Assembly: GCA_037447605.1 (NCBI GenBank)
Contig: CM074822.1
Span: forward strand, 209,492-273,491
Length of the DNA: 64,000 nucleotides
Reading direction: 5' to 3'
From: Zygnema circumcarinatum SAG 698-1b
Taxonomy: Eukaryota > Plantae > Zygnematophyceae
The stretch's first letter is position 1, and each line of letters begins with the position of its first letter. Shown piece after piece: positions 25,401 through 35,696 of this stretch. The notes below the pieces were generated by a model. It did no database searches. It saw only the letters and a list, made by a program, of their open reading frames with translations, and was not told the origin of the DNA. Position numbers and translations under genes: made by a program.

Positions 25401-26626
25401 AGGAGAGGGAAGAGAGGAGAGGGAGGGAGGAGAGGGAGGGAGGAGAGGGAGGGAGGAGAGGGAGGGAGGAGAGGGGAGAGAGGAGAGGGGAGAGAGGAGA
25501 GGGAGAGAGGAGAGGGAGAGAGGAGAGAGGAGAGGGAGAGAGGAGAGGGGAGAGAGGAGAGGGGAGAGAGGAGAGGGAGGGAGGAGAGGGAGGGAGGAGG
25601 GGAAGGAGGAGAGGGAGGGAGAGGGAGGGAGGAGAGGGAGAGAGGAGAGGGAGAGAGGAGAGGGAGAGGAGAGGGTAGGGAGAGGGAGAGAGGAGAGGGA
25701 GAGAGGAGAGGGGAGAGAGGAGAGGGAGAGAGGAGAGGGAGAGAGGAAGAGGGAGGAGGAGAGGGAGAGAGGAGAGGGAGAGAGGAGAGGGAGGGAGGAG
25801 AGAGGAGGGAGAGAGGGGAGGGAGGAGAGGGAGGGAGGAGAGGGAGAGAGGAGAGGGAGAGGAGAGGGAGAGAGGAGAGGGAGAGAGGAGAGGGAGAGAG
25901 GAGAGGGAGAGAGGAGAGGGAGAGAGAGAGGGAGAGAGAGGAGAGGGAGAGAGGAGAGGGAGAGAGGAGAGGGAGAGAGAGGAGAGGGAGAGAGGAGAGG
26001 GAGAGAGGAGAGGGAGAGAGAGAGGGAGAGAGAGAGGGAGGGAGGAGAGGGAGGGAGGAGAGGGAGGAGGAGAGGGAGGGAGGAGAGGGAGAGAGAGTGG
26101 GGAGACAGGAGAAGGAGAGAGAGAGGGAGAGAGGAGAGGGAGAGAGGAGAAGGAAGGAGAGGAGAGGGAGAGGAGAGGGAGAGAGGAGAGGGAGAGAGGA
26201 GAGGGAGAGAGGAGAGGGGAGAGAGGAGAGGGAGAGAGAGGAGAGGGAGAGAGGAGAGGGGAGAGAGGAGAGAGGAGAGGGGAGAGAGGAGAGGGAAGGG
26301 AGGAGAGGGGAGGGAGGAGGGAGGGAGTGAGGGAGAGAGGGAGAGAGGGACCTGTTAAACCCAGTTTACAGTGCGAACGAGTGATGCTAATAACTTTTCT
26401 GAACATTTGTGCCGGAACAACATGTACCTGCACCCCTCAACCTCCATTGGTTCACACTTGTAACTTGGGTTGATTCACATGTAAGTTCTGTAGTTCACAT
26501 GTTAAGGAACAGTTAGAATGTGCCTTAGAATTAAGCTGAGGTATTCAGGTTGTAAGCAGTCGGGCACTTCAACATTTGAGACTCCGCATAGTTTCAAGAT
26601 AACAAAAGTATTACAGACATAGACCC

Positions 26627-26672
<46 letters not shown>

Positions 26673-27383
26673 AAAAAAGTGAACCCCTCCCACCCTCCCA
26701 CCTCATCCATGAGTAGGAGACCCCATTCGCGAGAGCGAATTTCCTCGATAATTTTGTTCGATTCAATCGACCTTTTTCCCCCAAACGCAATCATGTTGAA
26801 TGTTGTCACGACTATGCCACTCGCCGCTTTGAAGTGTTCTTTGCTGCTGGAAGTGAACCGCGAAATTTGGTCATCTCTGATGGTTGACCACATCTTGAAC
26901 TGAAACCACCATTGGTCAACGGAAACTGCATTTGTTGCGAGCACTAAGCAACTTTTTCGAATCCTTGAAGCAGCCGCTACTCCCACAAGGGACTTTCCTG
27001 CCCCGCAAGGCAATACGATGATTCCGGAACGGGCTCGACCTGCATACAAAAAACAAAGTCAAAGACAAAGACAAAGACAGGGCAGCAAAGTTCTCCTTCA
27101 GAGTTTGGGTCAAGGATCAGGGTCAGGGTTAGGATCAAGCACCTGTTAAGGGTTAGGGTTAGGGTTAGGGTTAGGGTTAGGGTTAGGGTTAGGGTTAGGG
27201 TTAGGTCAGGGTTGAACTCTGGCAAACACTACTCTTTTCGTTGCTTTTTGGGGGATTTCCAAGGGTAGAACAACACCTTCAGAGACAGAATTCCTAAGTG
27301 AACTTGTGCATGGACTTGGAAAAAGTGCGAATAATGAGAAAAGGTAAGGTGGGAGAGAGTATGAGAGGAAGAGGAGAGAGTGA

Positions 27384-27437
<54 letters not shown>

Positions 27438-30400
27438 TTCACCGTTGCCAAACATTTTGCTCAAGCTCTTTTCTTGATAGGGCCGAGTTTGCGCATGCGG
27501 TTTCAGCTCTATGTCTAAATCCGGGTTCGCCTGCAATACCCCATTTAGCCCCCAACTCACATAAACGGAATTTTCCTACTTCAAATAAAGGTGGTCACAA
27601 CAAAACCTCCCAATGCATCGAATTTTTAATGGTCCTGAAAATGATAACAATCATGTGAATTGAATGGAAGGCAGTCCAAGACATGACGTGAAGGAGACGA
27701 TAAGTGAGGGGGAAGTGAGAGAGAGAGAGAGTGAGAGAGAGAGAGAGGAAGAGAGAGAGAGAGAGAGAGAGGAGTGAGAGAGAGAGGAGGAAGAGAGAGA
27801 AGAGGGGGAGAGAGAGAGTGGGGTGAGAGAGAGAGGAAGAGAGAGAGAGACAGGGGGAGAGAGAGAGGAGTGTGAGAGAGGAGGAAGAGAGAGAGAGAGG
27901 GAGAGAGAGGGAGAGGAGAGGGTTTACCGTATCGTTTCTAAAGTCGTACTCTTCAAGCATTGGATAATTCAAAGCATTCGGAAGACATCTTTGCTTCACA
28001 TGCTCCACCTAACATTGCCAAATCAACAAAACAAATCAGAATCGAAATTTCAAGCCGTCCAAGCAATTTTTAACAGTCAAAACTAAACATTTCTCACTTC
28101 ACATCGCCATCAAACGATCCAACCTCTCCTATTCTGTAATGGAAAACGATAACAAACCAGGGTCCGAAACTGGAGCAAAAAAAAAAAAAAAAAGCGATTC
28201 TGTGAATGGGTCCTCTCAAACCAAATTGTATTTTTAGGTTTGTAGGGTTTTAGGGGTTTTAGGATTCTGAAACCTGATCCGGGTCGATCTCAAACGAGTG
28301 CATGTCTTTTTCCTCCGCCGCCTCTACTTCACTCGGAAGGAGATCACTGTCAATGCCCGGCCCTTCTAAAGGCCCGCGGTTCACCTCAAAATCTCCTCCC
28401 TAAAGGTATCCCCACAAGACAAAGTTAAGTAATCTTCTTAATAGGTGGAGGGGGAGAGGGGGGGGGAGGGGGGAGAGAGAGTGAAGGGGAGGGGGACAGT
28501 GGGAGAGGGGGAGAGGGAGATGGAGGGAGAGGGGAGAGTGAGGGGGAGGGAGCAGAGGGGGAGGAGAGGAGGGGGGAGGGGGAAGAGGGAGGGGGAGGGA
28601 GGGAGGGGGGGCGAAGGGGGAGAGGGGGAGAGGGAGAGGGGGAGAGGGGGAGAGGGGGAGAGGGGAGAGGGGGAGAGGGGGAGAGGGGGAGAGGGGGAGA
28701 GGGGAGAGGGGGAGAGGGGGAAGAGGGGGAGAGGGGGAGAGGGGGAGAGGGGGAGAGGGGGAGAGGTGGGGAGGGGGTGAGGGGGCAGGGAGAGGGGGAG
28801 AGGAGGGGGGAGGGGGAAGAGGGGGAGGGGGAGGGAAGGGAGGGAGAGGGGGAGAGGGGGAGAGGGGGAGAGGGGGGGGGAGAGGGGGAGAGGGGGGGAG
28901 AGGGGGAGAGGGGGAGAGGGGGAGAGGGAGAGGGGGGGAGAGGGGGAGAGGGGGAGAGGGGGAGAGGGGGAGAGGGGGAGAGGGGGAGAGGGGGAGAGGG
29001 GGAGAGGGGGAGAGGGGGAGAGGGGGAGAGGGGAGGGGGAGAGGGGGAGGAGGGGAGAGGGGGAGAGGGGGAGAGGGAGAGGGGGAGAGGGGGAGAGGGG
29101 GAGAGGGGGAGAGGGGGAGAGGGGGAGAGGGGGAGAGGGGGAGAGGGGGAGAGGGGGAGAGGGGGAGAGGGGGAGAGGGGGAGAGGGGGAGAAGGGGAGA
29201 GGGGGAGAGGGGGAGAGGGGGAGAGGGGGAGAGGGAGAGGGGGAGAGGGGGAGAGGGGGAGAGGGGGAGAGGGGGAGAGGGGGAGAGGGGGAGGGGGAGG
29301 GGAGAGGGGGAGAGGGAGAGAGGGAGAGGGGGAGAGGGGGAGAGGGGGAGGGGGAGGGGGTCCCGAGAGAAGGGAGGGCAGGGGGATGGGGTAGAGAGGG
29401 GAGAGGGGAGAGGGGGAGAGGGGGAGAGGGGAGGGGGGGAGTGGGGAGGGGGGGAGCGGGGTTCCGACATGGTTTTACATCAGATGGCATGATGAGTGCA
29501 GTCACCAGATTTGAACAAAGGCTCAAAAATACCTCTTGAGATCTGACTCTCGCTCGTGCAATCACATCATCTCGGAGCAGATCTTGAAGCACCTGCCAAA
29601 AATGAGAGAGAATAGCCCCCTTTAAAAAAAAACCATGATGTCAGCAGCTACAACTATCAACACCAGGCCATAGCGTCAGCATGCCGCTGTGATGACGTCA
29701 GCATCTGCTCCAAAAGTCCTAAGTGCCTTTCTCTCATTGAACATTCAGGTCCCATAAAAACAAAAAGAAAAAATAAGAGAGATTGGACATCCACCTTGGG
29801 ATATGGCGACTCTACGAAGAAACGATTTTTCTTCAGAACGAGCTTCACTTTGCCATAGTTCTGTGTGGAATCTCTGATGAAGCTGACGATATCGGAAGCA
29901 AGATGCGTCTTTGAGAGCCGATCCAACACACTGATAATAGTTTCAGTTTCCAGTCCAACTGAAACTGCGGCATAGAGAGAGTGGGGAGTCAAGCTGTACT
30001 CGTGGAGGCATTCCGGTCTGCACAGATAATTTCCACGAGCATTTCCAATATCAGGACTTTCTTAACGGATTAGTGAGGTGCAGAAATCGGAGATTTGAGA
30101 ATGTGTGTGTTTTTGTTTGTTTGTTTGTGTGTGTGTTTGTTTTGTGTTTGTGTTTGTGTTTGTGTTTGTGTTCGTGTTTGTTTGTCTTGGGAATATTTCA
30201 AGCTTTGAGAGTTACCGGCAAACCGGTTCCGCTATGGCGATGAGAAAATCATATGCCTGCTTGTAAAGGGCGGAAAAAGTCTCCAAAAAAATGCGGCCGT
30301 CCGAACACACCCAAAGGGGCCGGCTCGCATTGTCCGGCTTTAATTCCAGCTTCGAAAAATCTCGTTGAACAAGTTTGACCTCCTTTCCTGATTGAAGACA

Positions 30401-30735
30401 AAGATGCATTCAAAAGGAAAATGAACAAAAGGAAAAAGTTGGATGAAGGGTTTGCTATTGTAAATAGGTTTCATATGAGAGGTTGAAGACTCGTTGCCTA
30501 CCATCGCCATCATCTTCAACCTCCTCTTCCAGAAAGTACTCTTCCGTTTCCACATTCTCCGCTAGCAGGGATTCGTATGCCGACTCTTCTTGCTGCACAA
30601 AAAAAATGTCAGCAAAACGTTCTTTAAGGCTTCAAGGGTTTACTTCTTTGCCAAACTCAACTGAAGAGTGGAGCAGGACAGAGGAAGTCCGGTGTATACA
30701 ATTGAAGAGATTGGGAGATAGAGAGAGACAGGGAG

Positions 30736-30781
<46 letters not shown>

Positions 30782-31430
30782 GTGTTGCAATAACCTAACT
30801 TCACGAACAAGATGAAATCCTATGTGCACCATTTCCTCTTTCACAAAATTAAGCTACTTACATTTTTGGCTGGACGTTTTTGCCTTCCCTTCTTGTTCTC
30901 TGCATGGAAGCATCCATCAATGAATCATGTTTGGAAGCAAAACTGATTGAAGGAATGCTGAACGGATGAAACTGAACCATAGGGGATTGACTTGAGGTGA
31001 ATTGGTCAGGAAAGGAGGTTACAACAGCTGAACGCCTCTTAAGCACATGTACTGTTCCCAAGTTAAACATTCATATGTAGATGCCGCTCTAACTACTCTT
31101 AGTTAACATTATATCGAGAGGTTCCAAGGGGATTATGGAATGTAAAACTATCCACCGCTAGAAAAAAGATCTTGGTCCAGCTCTCTTCCTTACTTAACTA
31201 ATTACTAGTCATTTCAACTCCACATAATCTCTGGAACTTCACATATTATCAGAGAAGTCCCAGGAAAAGGATGAACATGCATTTCGTTTCTTTGTTTGCT
31301 TTCTTATTTTTTATTCTCTTCTTTTCAAATTCTACGCAGTAATTGGTAGAATTAGCAAGTACAAAGAGAGGGGAGGGAGGGTGGGAGAAGCACCAGACTG
31401 TAGAGGAGCTCCTCTCCGCTTTGATGACAT
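16782..31430 (-). CDS. XPB: TFIIH/NER DNA helicase XPB (ERCC3/RAD25 family), 19 coding exons, ~773 aa
   Basis: Exons in transcript order: 31430-31394, 30899-30862, 30592-30502, 30387-30216, 30017-29795, 29592-29533, 28399-28274, 28008-27928, 27530-27443, 27039-26702, 26427-26352, 20823-20466, 19971-19899, 19704-19591, 19315-19235, 18946-18887, 18606-18523, 18368-18223, 16857-16782; total 2322 nt, in frame. Motifs: [37 protein letters not shown] (Walker A), [53 protein letters not shown], plant-type C-terminus [16 protein letters not shown]. The first two short exons are the least certain. Confidence 0.96.
17051..18220. repeat. Interstitial telomeric repeat array, mainly TTTAGGG with TTTCGGG, TTAGGGG, TATAGGG, TTGAGGG and TTAGGG variants
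   Basis: ~1.17 kb directly visible; lies in the last XPB intron and abuts the splice donor at 18222. Confidence 0.97.
20115..20194. repeat. (CCCTAA)n array, ~13 copies (TTAGGG-type), in an XPB intron
   Basis: Near-perfect hexamer array read directly. Confidence 0.95.
20995..26350. repeat. Giant polypurine/polypyrimidine minisatellite with 13-bp core GAGAGGGAGAGAG
   Basis: ~5.35 kb almost entirely G and A on the + strand; 13-bp period visible at e.g. 24001-24060, consistent with the 13-aa periodicity of the artefactual ORF. Fills XPB intron 20824-26351. Confidence 0.97.
27146..27212. repeat. (TTAGGG)n array, ~9 copies, in an XPB intron
   Basis: Read directly; degenerate TCAGGG copies flank it. 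Confidence 0.93.
28445..29460. repeat. (GGGGGAGA)n-type G-run minisatellite in XPB intron 28400-29532
   Basis: 8-bp period with G5 runs, clearest at 29090-29290. Confidence 0.95.
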
Positions 31431-32024
31431 CTTCGTGAAGTTTTCTCACTGAATATTTGATGTCTTCTTGAAGCTCTCTGCTTCAGAAGAAGAGAGGGAA
31501 TGGGTCCGTGTCAAGAATGGAGTGAGAAGGTAACTGCTTTGCAGGGAACTCAGTAAGGACTGGGCGAGCGATATATATTTGGCTGACAGAGAAGAGGATG
31601 ATAGGGTGGGCTCAGATTGTGATAGAAAATAAGTAGGGTTGCATGAGAAAAAGGATCATGATTGCATGAGCAAAGAATCAAAGGTTGCATGAGAAAGAAA
31701 AATTAGGGTTGCGAACGTGGGTGAAAAAAGTGTTGCAAGAAAGTTTAGATGATCAATCAAATAAGAAATGCATGAGAGGGCGACATTGAAAGTTGCAGAT
31801 TCTTACATGGCTGATAGCAGAAGAACTCCACCGCCTGCTAACCCTAAAAGCTCGTCAACAGTCTTCAACAGAAGACTAAGAAGGGCAAGGCCAGAGGTGC
31901 AAGGCTGTGCCGATATTATCGATACAATCCAATATATCAACAATTGGGGTATCCCGAATATCTACATTAATATCGTATTTTGACATATTTCGATACAGTT
32001 TTAGTGATTGTCGGTAGATATGTA

Positions 32025-32350
32025 TGCGAATGGTTCTGTGAAACTGCGAACTGCGAGACAGCATAGAGCTGAAGTGTGCATGTGCGAGTGGTTCTGTCAA
32101 ACTGAGAACTGCAGAGAGCATAGAGCCTGGGTTTTCTGCGCCTTGGCTGGCTTTAGTCAGTCACCGCCTCGTAAAAATGATTAGCCGCAGACTCTCGACC
32201 AGATGGTTAATCATATGGTCGAGGCTTCTTCTGCGCCTTGGCTGGCTTTAGTCAGACACCGCCTCGTACAAATGATTAGCCATTGATGCCTATTGGCGAT
32301 ATATGTGCGAGTGGTTCTGTGAAACTGGAAACTTGAAGACAGCATAGAGC
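32025..32350. repeat. Mosaic repeat A-A-B-B-A (A ~45 bp at 32025, 32083, 32306; B ~53 bp at 32134, 32229)
   Basis: A = TGCGARTGGTTCTGTSAAACTG..AGCATAGAGC; B = TTCTGCGCCTTGGCTGGCTTTAGTCAG.CACCGCCTCGTA.AAATGATTAGCC. Confidence 0.88.
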
Positions 32351-32447
32351 CCAGGTTTCCGGTAGGGTTTAGGGTTTATAGGGCTTTTTCCGGTTGACTG
32401 CGACCGTCAAAATCTTGACTGTACGAAAGCGTGACCGAACAGGTGCA

Positions 32448-32545
32448 CCGACATCTGCCGACATCGTCCAGACACTTCACCGACACTTCACCGACATTTG
32501 CCAACATCTCACCGACATTGCCGACATTTCCAACATCGCTGACAT
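32448..32545 (-). promoter_or_regulatory. Phased TGTCGG (CCGACA) direct-repeat array
   Basis: CCGACA at 32448, 32458, 32480, 32491, 32512 and 32521, with single-mismatch copies filling the 10-11-bp register. Confidence 0.45.
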
Positions 32546-33901
32546 TTCAAACGGCTGCCAATTGTTGGACGCTTCCAAAGAATCAATTGGGAATCTCAGG
32601 TCCCAGATTCCCAACTGCCGGAGCTGCGCCATACGGACCAATCAGGATCCAGCGCTTCGGAAATCGTCAAAGTGGTAGTTTCTACGTGGGTCTTCAGCTA
32701 TTAATACGACAAATAAGTGGAGAATCTGAATGTATGAACCTAGATTCCGAAATTTGTCTTTTAGTACAGGATTTTTGACTTCTGGTACATCGTTGTTGCA
32801 CGAACATGGACCATTGTTGTGTCTCTGGTGGGTTCGGTCAACAGAAAATGTACGAATGCCGATCGGAGGTACCCGATACGACAAAATTTTCTCGAGAAAT
32901 CTGTCGTGACGCCGCGTTGGGAGCTTCGCCGTCATTCTATATCGGACAAATTCACCGACCATTGTAAATTCGTACGACGAAGGCGGAAAACCCTAAAACT
33001 TGGTTTTCGGAAGAAACCCAGTTTTTTGAAATAAACAAACTAGAACCAAAGCAGAGATTTAAATTTCAGATTCGTTCAAAAAATAATTCACCCGGCGGCA
33101 CATGTGATATTACGTCAGTGGGCTTTTAATACGTCAGCAAACTTGTCGTTACGCCGCTAAAAGTTTTCATTACGTCAGCAAAGTTTCTCACACGCTAGCA
33201 AAAGTGAAGAAATTGAAGAAAGTTGGACCCTGAAAACTGACCTTAAGTTGAACAAATTCAAACATTATTATTTGTTAAAAATATATATATATATAGATTG
33301 GACAGTTGAATTGGCTGCTTAGTTCAAAAGTGGAGCTCCAGCCTCCTGCAGCAATGGCTGCCTTGAGCTCCAATTTTATGGTTAAGGGCCCTTGAAGTTG
33401 GCGGGTGGGCGGGGGCCTGTTGAGGGCTGCAAACTCAAAGGAGGAGGCATCAATAAAAGCATCTAATATCTAATCTCAATTTGCGTTTGCTTGCCGCCAT
33501 ACCTGCACCAACAGGGAAGCAATACAAGTCGAAATTTATATATATATATTTTCGTTTTTCTTTTGGATCGCTCTTGCCATTACATTCTGAACCTCGATCC
33601 ATTCCATTGGCAGCTTTCTTCAAATCTCAGTCCTGCAGCCTCGCATTCAGCTTCCATGCTCTCTCTCTCGTCCCTCCCAAGCATCAAGCGCAAACTCCAA
33701 TGAATCCCAGCATTCAGGCGCTCAGCATCATCTTCGAATGCTGAATCTTGCTCCCTTTTGAACTCACTTCTACGTAGAAAACCAACTCGTCTTGATAAAG
33801 TCAATAAATTAAGACAATCTTCATCCACAATTCCTATTACCATTACTATTAGAGCAGTTATTGTTATTCCTGCAGCAGCAGCATTAGCAGACTGAGCCGC
33901 C

Positions 33902-35696
33902 ATGAAAGGCATGCGGCAAGTCTCTATCTATGTGTTATGTATGGGCGTTGGATTCTGGCTCCATTTTCTGCTGGAGTTGCTTCCGGGAGCGAGATTTGGA
34001 GCCTTAACTAGAGACGTATTGGAGTGCTTATCGACGACTGCAAGCCCGGGGAGGATGGTCTATTCAACATCATCAAAACGGGGTTTGAAGCTGCTTCTCA
34101 CTCCAGAGCAGGAGGCAGCGCAGCGGGATCAAGAGTTTCAGGAGCGCTGGGCCCTCGCTGAGAAGGTTTATAGGTCGAATCTGCACAAACGCGAGCGAGT
34201 TTTTGGCAAGAATGGTTTCCGGCTGAAGAAGTTGAGGATTCCAAACAATATAACGGGGCATCAACGCTCACTTTGGCATCCTGCATCGTTTTTGCTCGAG
34301 TATTATCGGTGAGTTGACGGAAGAAAGGTCTTTCACTTGACAATGAATTAGTTCTGCATCGCAGCATCCTCAATCCAACTGATTTCACAAGCACTTGTTC
34401 CATATGCACTGTACTCTCTCTCAATCACTAATGAACGGAGTTTATAAAAGCGTGTAGAAGTAGCCATTCGTTGAGTTGCCTCAATACTCAAACCCTAAAA
34501 ATAAGAGAATTCCTCCATTGCAGACCCAATTATCCGTGTCAGAACGCGGAGCGATTTGGCCTTTGGAATGAACGAGGAGGGTGGATCTGCCAACCCTATG
34601 TGTTCAATTCTTTGTCGGTAGTGTACACTTTTGGCAGTGAAGGCAAGTTTGCCTTTGAAGTGGAGCTTTATAAAAAAGTGCAGCCCGAAATTCACTTGTT
34701 CAATCCCACAATTCCCAAAGAGCTCCATGAGAAGCTGGTCACACGGGAAGAGTTTCGATTCCACCCTGTAGGAATTTCGGATAAAAACTTGGGGTCGATA
34801 TTTCTGCCACTCAAGGTGGGTGAGCAACTCCGCTAGTATTGAAGTTTTTAGGGTTTTTAGGGCTTTTAGGGTTTTTACGGTTTTTAGGGTTTTAAGGGAA
34901 GTTGTGACCTTTGAGCTGCAGTTGAGGTGGGAGTGTTGTGGGAACGATGAGGGGAGGAAGCATGGGGAGATGTAATTTCAAACTAGTCTTTATGGGTGAT
35001 GAAAATTTGCAGAAGAACTGCTGTCTGTCTTACTTAGAAGCAGCTTTTTTCTTGTGCAGGATATCATGAGTGAACATGGCCATTCATACATTGATCTGCT
35101 GAAGCTGAGTTGTGGAGGGTGCGAGCATGGGGTGCTGAACAACATTCTTCGGAATGAAGTTGTGGTTGTTGGCCAGGTCTGAAACAAGAGAGAGAGAAAG
35201 AGGGGGAGAGAGAGGGAGAGGGAGAGAGAGAGGGAGGGGGGGGAAGGGGGGGGGGGAAGGGCTCCACTGGGTGCTTTATATGTGTTATCCTTTACCTGAA
35301 TGTTTTCTTCAGAATATAGACTACAATTGGGGTGGATACCTTGGCTGTATGAGTCGACATTGGTTGAATTCATAGCAAGAAAAGTATTTGGGTATTTGGG
35401 GAGAATAATGGGTGAAACTTCATACAATGACTTCTTTGACTTACATGACTCTGATCTTGGAGTTGGCGGCGCAGATTATTGTAGATGTTCATCGAGTGCA
35501 AGATGTGGCAAAAATGAAGGTGCTTTTGCCTTTGTTCGAGAGGCGGGGATTTCGATTGTTTCACATTGAACAGAACTGGCGAGCAATGCATTCCTTCTCT
35601 CTGTCGTACGTGCATGAGAGTCAAACAAAGGTCAAGCCTAATCCCTCGCATTTGAGCTTGGCCTCAACATCTCTCCAAGAGATCAAAAAGAGATAA
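33902..35696 (+). CDS. Signal-anchored Methyltransf_22 / METTL24-like (FkbM-related) methyltransferase-fold protein, 4 exons, ~345 aa
   Basis: Exons 33902-34308, 34524-34815, 35060-35176, 35475-35696, in frame. N-terminal hydrophobic segment; motifs C..AERFG..ERGGWICQ, VVYTFGS..FAFEVE, EIHLFNPT, IDLLKL..GCE, QIIVDVH, GFRLFHIEQN resemble the Methyltransf_22 pattern (recalled, not searched). Confidence 0.72.

Noticed and set aside
20917-26433. 1838-aa S/L/P ORF (-) and 1553-, 432- and 531-aa R/G/E ORFs (+)
   Set aside because: They are stop-free translations of a purine-only repeat inside an XPB intron; only 26427-26352 is a real exon.
28400-29592. Extensin-like SPSPPLPL ORFs (356 and 384 aa)
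   Set aside because: Translation of the 8-bp intronic repeat; the flanking XPB exons splice in frame around it.
33580-33912. 110-aa minus-strand ORF with a hydrophobic stretch
   Set aside because: Antisense to the 5' region of the methyltransferase-like gene, with no motif support.
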